Origin: an uncultured Opitutia bacterium
GTDB taxonomy: Bacteria; Verrucomicrobiota; Verrucomicrobiia; Opitutales; CAJWYM01
Direction of reading: 5' to 3'
Length of the DNA: 64,000 nt
Assembly (NCBI GenBank): GCA_913049555.1
Contig: CAJWYM010000006.1
Location: forward strand, 2,125 to 66,124
Every line of letters starts with the position of its first letter. Position 1 is the stretch's first letter. Below, one piece after another: positions 10,700 to 20,631 of this stretch. Under the pieces are notes generated by a model. It was not told where the DNA came from and searched no databases. It saw nothing but the letters and a program-made list of their open reading frames with translations. The translations under genes were made by a program, and so were the position numbers.

Positions 10700-11557
10700 C
10701 TATAAAACGAAATATTCGATCAGTAAATACCCGAGCGGACCCGTTAGAATAAGACTGTCTGCCAAGTCATAGGCACCTCCAATACCAGGAATTAAATTCC
10801 CAGAATCTTTTGAATTAGCGCATCTTTTAAATGTAGACTCTATTAAATCCCCAATAATTGCTGTGATTGCAATTGGAATTGCCAAGAGAACGGCTGTGTA
10901 AATAGGAAAAATATCCGTTGCTTGGATAAAATAAATATAAAATCCACTGACTAAAGAAGAGACAATCACGCCTCCAACAGCACCTTCTATTGTTTTTCCA
11001 GGGCTTAAAGTTGGTGCAAGTTTGTTTTTTCCTATCATTTTGCCGACAATTAAAGCTCCGACATCACTGAATTTTGAAACCGCTATCACCCAAATTATTA
11101 ACAGGATTCCAAGGTGTTTTCTTTCTGGAACCATTTCAACTGCAATTTCATTGATTAAAATGAAAAAAGACATGAGAAAAGGGATGTAAAAAACACCAAA
11201 TAAGGTAGGCATCAGGGTCTTAAATTGAGTGATCCGTTTGGATTCATCCCTTGATATTACATTGAGGCTGAGAAGAATGACCGCAAAAGCCATCATATGA
11301 TGTTTTATGGAATCTGTCTCTTGTTTTACTTCAAAATAACCCAACAGGTAGGGGACTAATAGAATGCAAATTCCCAGTAGCGTTCCTGTTTTTTTGTTTA
11401 CTGGAAACCCCATTTTTTCAAGTAAAGTGTAGAGTTCCCATTGAGTTGCAGCGGCAAACAAAGCTAAAATACAAACGCCCCCAAAAACTCCAAAGAAGTG
11501 AATGATTAAATAGAGGATTGCCCAAAGGGCGATCGTGCTAATGATGCGTTTCGTCAC
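10700..11557 (-). CDS. cdsA: Phosphatidate cytidylyltransferase (CDP-diglyceride synthase) with atypical signature residues
   Basis: Polytopic membrane protein. C-terminal SxFKRxxxxKDSG...PGxGG..D..DS block. Position in the uppS-cdsA-dxr-rseP operon. Confidence 0.88.
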   Translation of the reverse strand: MTKRIISTIALWAILYLIIHFFGVFGGVCILALFAAATQWELYTLLEKMGFPVNKKTGTLLGICILLVPYLLGYFEVKQETDSIKHHMMAFAVILLSLNVISRDESKRITQFKTLMPTLFGVFYIPFLMSFFILINEIAVEMVPERKHLGILLIIWVIAVSKFSDVGALIVGKMIGKNKLAPTLSPGKTIEGAVGGVIVSSLVSGFYIYFIQATDIFPIYTAVLLAIPIAITAIIGDLIESTFKRCANSKDSGNLIPGIGGAYDLADSLILTGPLGYLLIEYFVL

Positions 11558-11565
11558 GGTAGGGT

Positions 11566-12303
11566 TTACTCCTTAATAATTGCTTTTTGGATTTGATCTC
11601 CAGTTTTTCCAAACCTTCTTTCTCTTCCTTTGTAAGAATCAATTGCTTTTTCAAACTCATTTTCATTGAATTCTGGCCAGAATATCGGGGTAAAATAAAA
11701 TTCAGAGTAAGCGGTTTGGAGGAGCAAGAAATTGCTAAGCCTGTGCTCTCCTGAGGTCCTTATCACTAACTCTGGGTCTGGTATATCCTGGGTATATAGC
11801 TCTTGTTTGATGATTGAATAATCGATGTCGTTTAGGACTATTTTGTGGTCTAATACTTTCTCTGCGATTTTTTTTACCGCAAATTCTAGCTCTTGTCTAG
11901 CACCGTAGTTAAGTGCTAAAATTAAATTATGATTGGTAAATCCAGCGGTCGCATCTTTAGTCTTTATAAGTTCTTTTTTTGCACCCTCTGGAAGTTTAGA
12001 CGTATCCCCAATCGTAAGAAGTCTCACTTGTTTTTTAACTAAGTTTTTTCGTTCAGACTTCAAAAAAGTCTTCAGTAGAGTCATCAATCCAGTGACTTCT
12101 GACTGAGGACGATCCCAATTTTCAGCACTGAATGCATAGAGAGTTATATATCGAATACCAAGCTCGCGGGCTTTGTCGACAACCTTACGGACATTTTCCA
12201 CCCCTTTTCTATGTCCTTCAAGTCTTAAAAGACCTTTGGATTTCGCCCAGCGACCATTCCCGTCCATGATAATTGCAACGTGATTGATTTTTTTTTCTAT
12301 CAT
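11566..12303 (-). CDS. uppS: Undecaprenyl diphosphate synthase (cis-prenyltransferase)
   Basis: HVAIIMDGNGRWAK and RTSGEHRLSNFLLLQTAYSEFYF. Start set at MIEKK (ATG 12301-12303). The track ORF allows 12333. Confidence 0.95.
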   Translation of the reverse strand: MIEKKINHVAIIMDGNGRWAKSKGLLRLEGHRKGVENVRKVVDKARELGIRYITLYAFSAENWDRPQSEVTGLMTLLKTFLKSERKNLVKKQVRLLTIGDTSKLPEGAKKELIKTKDATAGFTNHNLILALNYGARQELEFAVKKIAEKVLDHKIVLNDIDYSIIKQELYTQDIPDPELVIRTSGEHRLSNFLLLQTAYSEFYFTPIFWPEFNENEFEKAIDSYKGRERRFGKTGDQIQKAIIKE

Positions 12304-12403
12304 TCTAGATGTTTGAAAACTTAGAGATCTCAAAAAAATGAGTGAGTTGGTTTAGGCGATTAAAGCGAACTTCAAATGACAAAATAAAGGATTTAATTGA
12401 CCA

Positions 12404-12434
12404 TAAAAAAAGCGAACTTTTTTAAGGTTCGCTT
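12404..12434 (-). terminator. Rho-independent terminator downstream of rpmE
   Basis: On the minus strand, a gcgaac/gttcgc stem (extendable to 9 bp) is followed by seven T, 24 nt past the rpmE stop. Confidence 0.75.
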
Positions 12435-12457
12435 TTGTGAATGGTGGAAAATTCTGT

Positions 12458-12703
12458 CTAACGACGACGGCTGAACTTGTTTTGAAATTTTTCAACACGA
12501 CCTGCTGTATCAACGAAACGTTTTTCTCCGGTGTAAGCTGGATGTGAATCCATGGTTACGTCGCGGATAATTACGAAGTGATCAACACCATCGATGTTTT
12601 CTGTTTTGTCAGACTTTAGGATGGAAGTTGTAATAAACTTTTTACCAGAAGAAACATCGACAAAACATACTGGGTTCACTTTTGGGTGGATTTCTGTTTT
12701 CAT
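12458..12703 (-). CDS. rpmE: 50S ribosomal protein L31, type B (no CxxC zinc knuckle)
   Basis: MKTEIHPK... start typical of L31, HPAYTGE..VDTAGRVEKF tail, 81 aa. The Zn-binding Cys pairs are absent. Confidence 0.9.
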   Translation of the reverse strand: MKTEIHPKVNPVCFVDVSSGKKFITTSILKSDKTENIDGVDHFVIIRDVTMDSHPAYTGEKRFVDTAGRVEKFQNKFSRRR

Positions 12704-12746
12704 AATACCTGAAGTACTGACAATACTTGTTTAAAGATCAACACTC

Positions 12747-12872
12747 TTAGCCTTGTCTGGCTTTGAAGCGTGGATTCGTTTTGTTAATCACGTACAAGCG
12801 ACCTTTTCTTCTAACTATTTTGCAGTCAGCGTGACGATATTTGATAGATTTTAAAGAGGAAACAACTTTCAT
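12747..12872 (-). CDS. rpmJ: 50S ribosomal protein L36, YkgO-type (zinc-independent form)
   Basis: [41 protein letters not shown] (41 aa) matches the long YkgO-like L36 pattern. It is the internal Met of the 61-aa track ORF. Confidence 0.85.
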   Translation of the reverse strand: MKVVSSLKSIKYRHADCKIVRRKGRLYVINKTNPRFKARQG

Positions 12873-12937
12873 AAGATTCAAAATAGAATAGAGTTTGTTT
12901 TGTCTTGTCAATTGGAATTGTGCATAGTGCAAATTAT

Positions 12938-14185
12938 ATGAGAAAAAAGAGAGAATTTAATGCCAATCCTTACCCCTACCACCACGAGGTAACTTTGATG
13001 GTAGAATCCATAACCAATCTGGGAATGGGGGTTTGCCGCGATGAGGGTTGGGTTGTCATGGTGCCTTTCGTTTTGATCGGTGAAAAAGTAAAAATTCGGA
13101 TCTTTAAAAATAATAAAAACTATTCTGAAGGGGATTTAGTGGAACTGATTGAACCTTCGAAAAATCGAATCGAACCCAAATGTGAACATTTTGGAAATTG
13201 TGGAGGTTGTCAGTACCAACATGTAGATTATTCTACTCAGTTGCTTTGGAAGCAAAATCAAGTGACTGAGTTGTTTTCTAAATTAGGCAAATTAGAGATA
13301 CAGGTTTCTCCTACTCATGGATCTCCAGAGCTTTTTGCGTATCGCTCAAAATTAACTCCTCATTATCAGAAACCAATCGATGGAGCTTATAAAAATATTG
13401 GATTTTTAAAATTTGGTCGTCGGCACGAAATCATTGACGTCCCTTTTTGCTCGATTGCAACAAAATCAATCAACGATAAATTGACTTCTCTTAGGATTGA
13501 GTTGCAGGAAAAAGCCAAAAAAACTTGCGCCACTGGTAAAAAGAAAAAAGGGGGCACTCTTTTACTTAGAGACACCGGTGAGGAGGTAATAACGAACCCT
13601 AAAGAAACTGGAATCGAAAAAGTGGGGGATACCTTGTTTCAGTTTAAAGCTGGGGAGTTTTTTCAAAACAATCCTTATATTCTTCCGCAATTGGTTGCTT
13701 ATGTGCTCGATGAAGTTCATGCGAGTGGCAATGAAAATTTGATAGATACTTATTGCGGGGTCGGGTTGTTCGCCCTTTCATCCAGAAAGTTATTCAAACA
13801 AAGTCTGGGTATTGAAATCTCTGAAAAATCGATTGAATGGGCTAGAAAAAATGCTGCTTTAAATCAGGCAGAAAATTGTAAATTTATACTTGGATCTGCC
13901 GAGGAAATCTTTGACCATGTGACTTTTGATCCGAACCATACCTCTGTGATTATTGATCCCCCTCGTAAAGGGTGTGATCTTTGCTTTTTAGAGCAATTGA
14001 TTCATTTCGGTCCCTCCTGTCTCGTTTATGTATCTTGTGATCCTGCGACTCAGGCTAGAGACAGCCAATTCTTAACAGAGAATGGATATGAATTGCTGAA
14101 AGTCCAACCCTTTGATTTGTTTCCACAAACTCGACATGTCGAGTCGGTAGCAACTTTTAGAAAATCAAAAAACGCTGAGGTCTAA
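12938..14185 (+). CDS. TrmA/RumA-family RNA (uracil-5-)-methyltransferase with TRAM domain and Fe-S cluster (RlmD-like)
   Basis: [14 protein letters not shown] cluster motif, [12 protein letters not shown] site, [24 protein letters not shown] at 12938 is preferred to the TTG at 12905. Confidence 0.88.
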   Translation: MRKKREFNANPYPYHHEVTLMVESITNLGMGVCRDEGWVVMVPFVLIGEKVKIRIFKNNKNYSEGDLVELIEPSKNRIEPKCEHFGNCGGCQYQHVDYSTQLLWKQNQVTELFSKLGKLEIQVSPTHGSPELFAYRSKLTPHYQKPIDGAYKNIGFLKFGRRHEIIDVPFCSIATKSINDKLTSLRIELQEKAKKTCATGKKKKGGTLLLRDTGEEVITNPKETGIEKVGDTLFQFKAGEFFQNNPYILPQLVAYVLDEVHASGNENLIDTYCGVGLFALSSRKLFKQSLGIEISEKSIEWARKNAALNQAENCKFILGSAEEIFDHVTFDPNHTSVIIDPPRKGCDLCFLEQLIHFGPSCLVYVSCDPATQARDSQFLTENGYELLKVQPFDLFPQTRHVESVATFRKSKNAEV

Positions 14186-14623
14186 ACTTTCTTTTTTTGT
14201 TTTTTTAGATTGTCTTAAGCCTCGACGAGAAGTTTATGGCTGCATCTTTAAGTAGATTATAGATGAATTTTTTTAATGATTCAAATTATGCATTAAACTT
14301 ATGAAAGGATATGTATGTGCGAAGTTTGTTTTGCTTTTGAATTCAAAAAAAGAAAATCAACATTTTTATTTAGAACGTGCAAGGAAGCTTTTAGGAATTT
14401 TAAAATATTTTTAGATATTTTAAATGAATAGTTTATATATATTTATTTATATTTTTTTATTAGAGCTGTTTGTAATTTAGAAATCAGTTGTAGGCAATTT
14501 TTTTGATAAAAGTTTATTTCTTGACTGGGAATTTTAGTTTTTACAAAAAACCTATAATTCGAAAATTGAGAGGGATAGATTTTGTTTATTGCATTGAAGG
14601 AATTAATTTCATAATTAATTTGT

Positions 14624-15949
14624 ATGAAAATTATTCATAGTAAATTCAGCAAACTAGTCTCGTTCTTGTTCCTAGTTGGAAGTTTATTTCCGACTTTAAT
14701 ATTTGCCGAGGAAGGGGCAACCGAGTCGGCTTTCAGTAGTGGAGACACCGCTTGGATATTAGTGGCTACCGCTTTGGTTTTATTTATGACCCTCCCAGGT
14801 TTATCCATGTTTTATGCCGGGCTTGTCAGACAGAAAAATGTTTTGTCTGTTTTTATGCATTGTTTTGCAATCACCGCGGTTATGACAGTTATCTGGATTT
14901 TAGGGGGTTATTCACTCTCTTTTGCAGATGGTGGGGATACGAATGCTTACATCGGAAGTATGGAAAAGTTTCTATTGTCAGGGATTGATTCAAGTGATTT
15001 AAGCGGTTCTATTCCTGAGATTCTTTTTGCGGCATTTCAAATGACCTTTTTTATTATTACTCCAGCTTTGATTGTGGGTGCATTTGTCGAGAGGATGAAG
15101 TTTTCCGCAATGTTAATTTTCGTTTCTTTGTGGGCCATTATTGTGTATCTACCAACTTGCCACATGACTTGGGGAGGTGGCTTGTTTTCTGAATGGGGAG
15201 TTCTTGATTTTGCTGGAGGAATTGTGGTTCATATCACGGCGGGGGTCTCTGCACTCGTGGCTTGTATAATGGTCGGTGCCAGAAAAGGATTTCCAAAGAC
15301 GCCAATGCCTCCGCACAATCTGCCAATGACTGTAATTGGAACAGGAATGCTGTGGGTGGGTTGGTATGGTTTTAATGCGGGTAGCGCACTCGCTGCTGAC
15401 GGTTCCGCTGCAATGGCACTACTCGTAACCCATATCTCAGCCGCGGTGGCCTCTATCGTTTGGATGCTTATTGAATGGTTGAAAAATGGAAAACCAAGTG
15501 TGTTGGGGATTGCTACTGGCTCTATTGCTGGATTGGCAGCAATCACACCTGCCTCTGGTTTTGTGGGACCGATTGGTGCATTTGTGATCGGGGCTAGCTC
15601 TGCGGTTGTTTGCTACTCTTTTTGCACGGTTATTAAGATGTCTTTAAAATATGATGATTCATTGGATGTATTTGGCGTTCATGGAATAGGAGGATTGGTT
15701 GGAACTTTACTTGTTTCATTCTTTGCAAGTGAAAAGTTTGGCGGAAATCAAGGAGCGATTGATATGGTCTCTCAATTTTTTATTCAATCAAAAGCGGCTC
15801 TCATCATAGCCCTTTATTCTGCGGTAGTTTCAATGATTCTGTTGTATTTGATTAAAAATACGATCGGGATTCGAGTTTCTGAAAAAGAAGAAACCGAAGG
15901 TCTCGACCTAAGTTCACATGAGGAATCTGGTTATAGTTCAAACTCCTAG
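14624..15949 (+). CDS. amt: Ammonium transporter (Amt family) with signal peptide
   Basis: About 11 TM segments, DFAGGIVVHITAG, WYGFNAGSA and FGVHGIGG signatures. Confidence 0.95.
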   Translation: MKIIHSKFSKLVSFLFLVGSLFPTLIFAEEGATESAFSSGDTAWILVATALVLFMTLPGLSMFYAGLVRQKNVLSVFMHCFAITAVMTVIWILGGYSLSFADGGDTNAYIGSMEKFLLSGIDSSDLSGSIPEILFAAFQMTFFIITPALIVGAFVERMKFSAMLIFVSLWAIIVYLPTCHMTWGGGLFSEWGVLDFAGGIVVHITAGVSALVACIMVGARKGFPKTPMPPHNLPMTVIGTGMLWVGWYGFNAGSALAADGSAAMALLVTHISAAVASIVWMLIEWLKNGKPSVLGIATGSIAGLAAITPASGFVGPIGAFVIGASSAVVCYSFCTVIKMSLKYDDSLDVFGVHGIGGLVGTLLVSFFASEKFGGNQGAIDMVSQFFIQSKAALIIALYSAVVSMILLYLIKNTIGIRVSEKEETEGLDLSSHEESGYSSNS

Positions 15950-15976
15950 TTAAAAGTCTAGTTTTTTAATTTTTAA

Positions 15977-16010
15977 ACTCGCAGATAGGAATCTGCGAGT
16001 TTTTTGTTTT
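15977..16010 (+). terminator. Rho-independent terminator of amt
   Basis: actcgcagat / atctgcgagt perfect 10-bp stem, agga loop, then tttttgtttttt. Confidence 0.88.
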
Positions 16011-16213
16011 TTGGGTTCGGGATAATTCTATATTTTAAAAAAGAGAGGATTTAGAGTTCTATAAAAGGTCATGAATTATGGATTTTAAATGGTTTTGCAA
16101 TGAATCTTTTTCCTGTTATTTTGATGTCTAAATAAATTTTTAAAAGGAACCTAGAATTGGAAACTTCGATTCATTTTGAACCTTTTTCAATAAAATCATG
16201 AAGGATAAATAAA

Positions 16214-17827
16214 ATGGTAGAAAAAAAGTGGAATTTTTTATGGGTCTCCTTCGAGGACTGCAGCCCGATTCATGGGTGTTTTGGACACAATGTTGCTAAA
16301 ACACCTAATGTGGATTCATTTGCAGAGGAAGCTTGTATCTACCCGAATGCATTTGCCTGCACAGGGGTCTGCGCACCCAGTAGGGCTGCGATTATTACTG
16401 GAATGTACCCCACATCCATAGGAGCCCAACATATGAGAACAACTCATACGGATCCTCATCTTCCTGAATTGCCAACCCCCTACAACGCTTTGCCTCCAGC
16501 TCAGGTTAAGTGTTTTACTGAGTATTTGAGAGCGAGTGGCTACTACTGTTCCAATAACAGTAAAACAGATTACCAATTTGAAGTGCCCATTACGGCCTGG
16601 GATGATTGTTCCAATACGGGACATTGGAGAAATCGGTATTCCAAAGACCAGCCTTTTTTTGCTGTTTTTAATCCTACAAATACCCATGAAAGTGGATCTT
16701 GGGAGAGTGTTGATATTGAATTAAGGGTAGATCCTCTTGAGGTTCCCGTTCCTCCATTGTTTCCAGATACCCCTAGGGTTAGAGAATCGATTGCCAAGAC
16801 CTACACTCAAATGTCGATTGCCGATGATCGTTTCGGAGAGCTTGTAGATCAACTGAAAGAAGATGGTTTGTATGAGTCGACAATTATTATTCATTGGAGT
16901 GATCATGGACCTTGGCCGAGAGGCAAGCGTTGGGTCTATGATACAGGGATAAAAGTTCCATTTATTGTTAGAATTCCAGGAGAACTCGATGCTGGGACTC
17001 AAGATCACCGATTGATCAGCACGGTAGACTTAGGTCCTACTCTTTTGTCATTGGCGGGTTTACCCGTTCCAATTCATATGGAAGGAAAGGCTTTTCTGGG
17101 TAAATACCAGACCCCTGAAAGAGAGTTCACCTATCATAGCAGAGATCGTTACGATACCTGCTATGATCAAGTTCGAGCGGTTCGATCCAAACGATATAAA
17201 TTTATTACCAATAGTTTTCCAGATCTCCCTCGTGCAGTTTGGTTGCCGTTTCGTAATAAGCACCCAATTATGCGAGAACTGTTAGACTTGGAAGCAAAAG
17301 GGGATTTGCCAGAAAATCAACGAAGTTTATTTGAGACTCCAAGGCCCGTTGCTGAGTTTTATGACTTAGAGCAAGATCCTTGGGAAATGAATAATATAAT
17401 CGATCAACCGGATCATCAGAGCCTTATAGAAGAGCACAAAGAGGCCCTAAAAGGGTGGCAAAAAGTTTCTGATCCTTATCGAGATATAGACGAGTCTACC
17501 ATGGTGAATAATTGGTATCCCGAAGGTAAAGTAGCTAAGACTGCAAATCCTTTATTTTTTGTTTTTGGTAATGGAAATTATTGTGAAAAGCCATTGACTG
17601 GCATCCATCGAATTGAAGGCCCCTTGATGGGGCAAATTGTTTGCTCGACAGAAGGTGCTTCTTTGCAATTTAGATTGTCTGATTTGAAGAATAAGAGCAA
17701 TTCGCACTGGTCTATTTATAAGGGCTTTATTCCATTGGAAAGAGGGATCTATAAAATCGAAATTCAGGCGCAGCGAATTGGATTCGAAGCGAGTGAATGC
17801 GTAGAGTTAAACTTAGAAATCTATTAA
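16214..17827 (+). CDS. Sulfatase-family enzyme (canonical CAPSR motif) without a signal peptide, with a C-terminal beta-sandwich-like extension
   Basis: CTGVCAPSRAAIITGMYP, WSDHGP, FYDLEQDPWEMNN. The N-terminus MVEKKWNFLWVSFEDCSP has no hydrophobic leader. Confidence 0.88.
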   Translation: MVEKKWNFLWVSFEDCSPIHGCFGHNVAKTPNVDSFAEEACIYPNAFACTGVCAPSRAAIITGMYPTSIGAQHMRTTHTDPHLPELPTPYNALPPAQVKCFTEYLRASGYYCSNNSKTDYQFEVPITAWDDCSNTGHWRNRYSKDQPFFAVFNPTNTHESGSWESVDIELRVDPLEVPVPPLFPDTPRVRESIAKTYTQMSIADDRFGELVDQLKEDGLYESTIIIHWSDHGPWPRGKRWVYDTGIKVPFIVRIPGELDAGTQDHRLISTVDLGPTLLSLAGLPVPIHMEGKAFLGKYQTPEREFTYHSRDRYDTCYDQVRAVRSKRYKFITNSFPDLPRAVWLPFRNKHPIMRELLDLEAKGDLPENQRSLFETPRPVAEFYDLEQDPWEMNNIIDQPDHQSLIEEHKEALKGWQKVSDPYRDIDESTMVNNWYPEGKVAKTANPLFFVFGNGNYCEKPLTGIHRIEGPLMGQIVCSTEGASLQFRLSDLKNKSNSHWSIYKGFIPLERGIYKIEIQAQRIGFEASECVELNLEIY

Positions 17828-17957
17828 TAAAAGAGATTGAATTTTTTATGATGCCACTTAGATCTTTTATTTTTATGCTTATAATACTTTTAAGTGCTTC
17901 TAGGTTCAGATCCTTTTTAAAAGTGTTTTTTATTAGCTATTTTAAATAATTTTTATT

Positions 17958-19703
17958 ATGGAGAACATTGTTAAACCCAAGGGAATTGTCAGTTCCATTC
18001 TCTACTATTTGAGTCAATTGACTCAGTTTCAAAGTAAGATTTGGCTTTTGTTGCCCATGCATACTGCTAAGCATATGACCATCCTTTTTTATCCATTGAC
18101 TGTAAAATGGATCATAGATGATTACATTCCTGAAAAAAACAGGCTCATGATCTGGTGCATGGTGGGTGTTATTATAATTGCTAGCCTAGTCAATGTTTTA
18201 CTGCATCGTCAATTTGTAGGAATGGTTACATGGATGTCCACTCAAGTGAGTAGAACCTTTAGAAACCAGCTTATATCGAAACTGCAGATTCTTAACTTGC
18301 GCTTTCACGAAAAACAGGAATCAGGGAGAAGTTTCTCTAAGATTATGATTGATGTGGAGCGGACGGAACGATTTTCAGATATTTTGTTCCATGGAATTTT
18401 AGGATCCATCACGACCTTTATAGTTGCGAGCGGAGTACTATTTTACCATAGCTGGAAGTTATTTATTCTTTATTTGATACTTCTCCCAAGTTATCTGATT
18501 GTGTATCGTTTTTTTAAGACGCGATTCAAAAATTTTCAACATGAGTTGCGAATGACGAATGAAAACTTGAGCCAATCCATCAGTAGTTTTATCCAGACCA
18601 GTAAATTGGCACGGGTACATGGAGAGGAGGAGTATGAAAAAAAGAAGGTGGATCGAAACAATAAAGAGATGATCCGTAAAGCGGTCATTCTTCAAAAGTC
18701 GATCGCCTCCTTCACTGTGATTATCAACACCTCCTCTCAGGTTCTATTGATGGTTATTATAGCTTCTTGCGCAATGGCGATTATAAATGATTGGATGGCT
18801 GTAGGGACTCTTGTCCTATTTATGGCTTATATCAATCAGGTGACGAATTCGATCCGAAGTCTTATCGAGCAATTTCCTCAGATCACTCAATTCAATGAGT
18901 CGATTCACTCGATTCGTGAAATTTTGGACTACCCGGCTCATGATCACAATGAAAATGCAATTACAATGGACGCAGTCAAGGGGGACCTTTCATTGAAGAA
19001 TGTTTGTTTCCAATACGATCAAGATAGGAGTGTATTGGAAAATATAAATTTGCAGGTTCAAAAAGGAGAAACCATTGCTCTTGTGGGACCAAGTGGTTCC
19101 GGTAAATCTACAATGATTAATTTGATTTTAGGTCTTTATTTGCCGGTTCGTGGGGAAATTACTGTGGATGGTTACAATCTCAAAAAGATTAATTTAAGGC
19201 AATATCGTCAGTCCGTAGGCGTTGTGACTCAGGATCCAATCTTATTCAAAGGAACCCTCAGAGAAAACTTATGTCATGGTAGAGAGTTTCCGGACGAACA
19301 GATTATCGATGCTTCTAAACTAGCGAACGCATGGGAGTTCATCGGTCTTTTACCTCTAGGATTAGATACCATCATTGGAGAGGATGGAGTGAACCTGAGT
19401 GGGGGACAGAAACAAAGGATTGCGATTACTCGAGCGATATTAAGAAACCCTTCCATTCTTATTTTGGATGAGGCTACCTCGGCTCTAGATTCACACTCCG
19501 AGAATGAGGTGCAAAAAGGGATTGAGGCCTTGATCGGGAGGCAGACTACCTTTGTTATAGCCCACCGACTGAGAACGATTTATAAAGCCGACAAAATCCT
19601 TGTTTTTGATAAGCAAGGAATCGCAGAGGAGGGAAATCATAGTGAATTGATTGAAATGAATGGTATTTACTCAGAGATGGTAAAATTACAATCCATTCAA
19701 TAA
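17958..19703 (+). CDS. ABC exporter, fused permease/ATPase (MsbA/MdlB-like)
   Basis: Six TM segments at the N-terminus. GPSGSGKST (Walker A), LSGGQKQRIAITRA (signature), ILILDEATSALD (Walker B). Confidence 0.9.
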   Translation: MENIVKPKGIVSSILYYLSQLTQFQSKIWLLLPMHTAKHMTILFYPLTVKWIIDDYIPEKNRLMIWCMVGVIIIASLVNVLLHRQFVGMVTWMSTQVSRTFRNQLISKLQILNLRFHEKQESGRSFSKIMIDVERTERFSDILFHGILGSITTFIVASGVLFYHSWKLFILYLILLPSYLIVYRFFKTRFKNFQHELRMTNENLSQSISSFIQTSKLARVHGEEEYEKKKVDRNNKEMIRKAVILQKSIASFTVIINTSSQVLLMVIIASCAMAIINDWMAVGTLVLFMAYINQVTNSIRSLIEQFPQITQFNESIHSIREILDYPAHDHNENAITMDAVKGDLSLKNVCFQYDQDRSVLENINLQVQKGETIALVGPSGSGKSTMINLILGLYLPVRGEITVDGYNLKKINLRQYRQSVGVVTQDPILFKGTLRENLCHGREFPDEQIIDASKLANAWEFIGLLPLGLDTIIGEDGVNLSGGQKQRIAITRAILRNPSILILDEATSALDSHSENEVQKGIEALIGRQTTFVIAHRLRTIYKADKILVFDKQGIAEEGNHSELIEMNGIYSEMVKLQSIQ

Positions 19704-19793
19704 TGCTTTAAAAGGTTTCTTGAACTTTTTGAAGTTCGAAGAGTCTACGAAAGCTTAAAAACGGATCTGTTTTTTTGGTTTTAAAATTGAAAT

Positions 19794-20576
19794 CTATACA
19801 AACGGAACAGATGCGGATTTTGAAATGGGAAATTCGAGGTAATAATCCTTATCCTCCTGATTGAAATCTCTTACAGCACTGCGCAACATATTTTCTGGCA
19901 TATGTTTTCTATGTTTCAGCAAAAACTCCTCTTCAAGCTCTTTGTCTTGTTTTCCTATTTCGTTTAGCATCCAACCTACCGCTTCTTGAATTTGAATCTC
20001 TGAGTCCGATAGAAGGATTTGGGCGATTTTTAGAAGATCGCCGTAGTCGTAATTAGAAATGTAATGTCTGCATGCTAGAACTGCGATTCTCCTGTCCCAA
20101 CTCCATTCGGATTGGGCGAGTTTGTATAAGATGGAGCGATCATAATTTTGATAATGAACCCCCACTATTTTACTGGCGGAGCAGTCAATGAGTTTCTTTG
20201 AATCCATCAAATGGGTATGCTTTAAATATTCAGAACACAGAATTCCTTTTTGTTCCTCTTTTGACTCTTTGTATTGTAAAGTCATTATTAAAACAGCACA
20301 GAGGCGTTCGTTTTTATTCCCAGAATGAAGGAGCTCTAAGATTTCACTCAATGGCAATTTTTTATACTGAATGGCTATTCTTTTGATTGCAGAAATGAGC
20401 AATTTCTGAGGATCTGTTTCTTTCAAAGAATCGAAAGGTTTTTTACGGGTCGTAAGGGGCTTTAGAGGAAAGTGCTCGTTCTCAGTTTGAAGATCCTCTA
20501 AGTCCTTAAGGATAGATGGAATCAAGAGCCTTTGATTTGAATTTCGATGGCAATGAATCGGGAATGTTGAATGCAT
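19794..20576 (-). CDS. HEAT-repeat DNA alkylation repair (AlkD-like) family protein
   Basis: SEWSWDRRIAVLA...IQEAVGWMLNEIGK...HMPENMLRSAV resembles the DNA_alkylation family pattern. Assigned from memory. Confidence 0.55.
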   Translation of the reverse strand: MHSTFPIHCHRNSNQRLLIPSILKDLEDLQTENEHFPLKPLTTRKKPFDSLKETDPQKLLISAIKRIAIQYKKLPLSEILELLHSGNKNERLCAVLIMTLQYKESKEEQKGILCSEYLKHTHLMDSKKLIDCSASKIVGVHYQNYDRSILYKLAQSEWSWDRRIAVLACRHYISNYDYGDLLKIAQILLSDSEIQIQEAVGWMLNEIGKQDKELEEEFLLKHRKHMPENMLRSAVRDFNQEDKDYYLEFPISKSASVPFV

Positions 20577-20631
20577 GAAAAAAGGTTCTTTTAGTTGGAT
20601 ATAAAGAGATCGCTGGTATTTGACGGAACAA

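Noticed and set aside
12873-12937. N-terminal extension of the L36 ORF to 61 aa, and the TTG start at 12905 for the methyltransferase
   Set aside because: The extension has no counterpart in L36 proteins. Using it together with the TTG start would make two divergent genes overlap. Internal ATG starts give canonical proteins.
14521-14558. TTGACT ... TATAAT pair upstream of amt as a sigma70 promoter
   Set aside because: The spacer is about 26 nt, far from the 16-18 nt optimum. In this AT-rich leader such hexamers occur by chance.
14186-14623. Possible glutamine (glnA-type) riboswitch or other structured leader upstream of amt
   Set aside because: I could not find the conserved G/C-rich stems or any convincing pairing. 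The region is nearly devoid of G+C.
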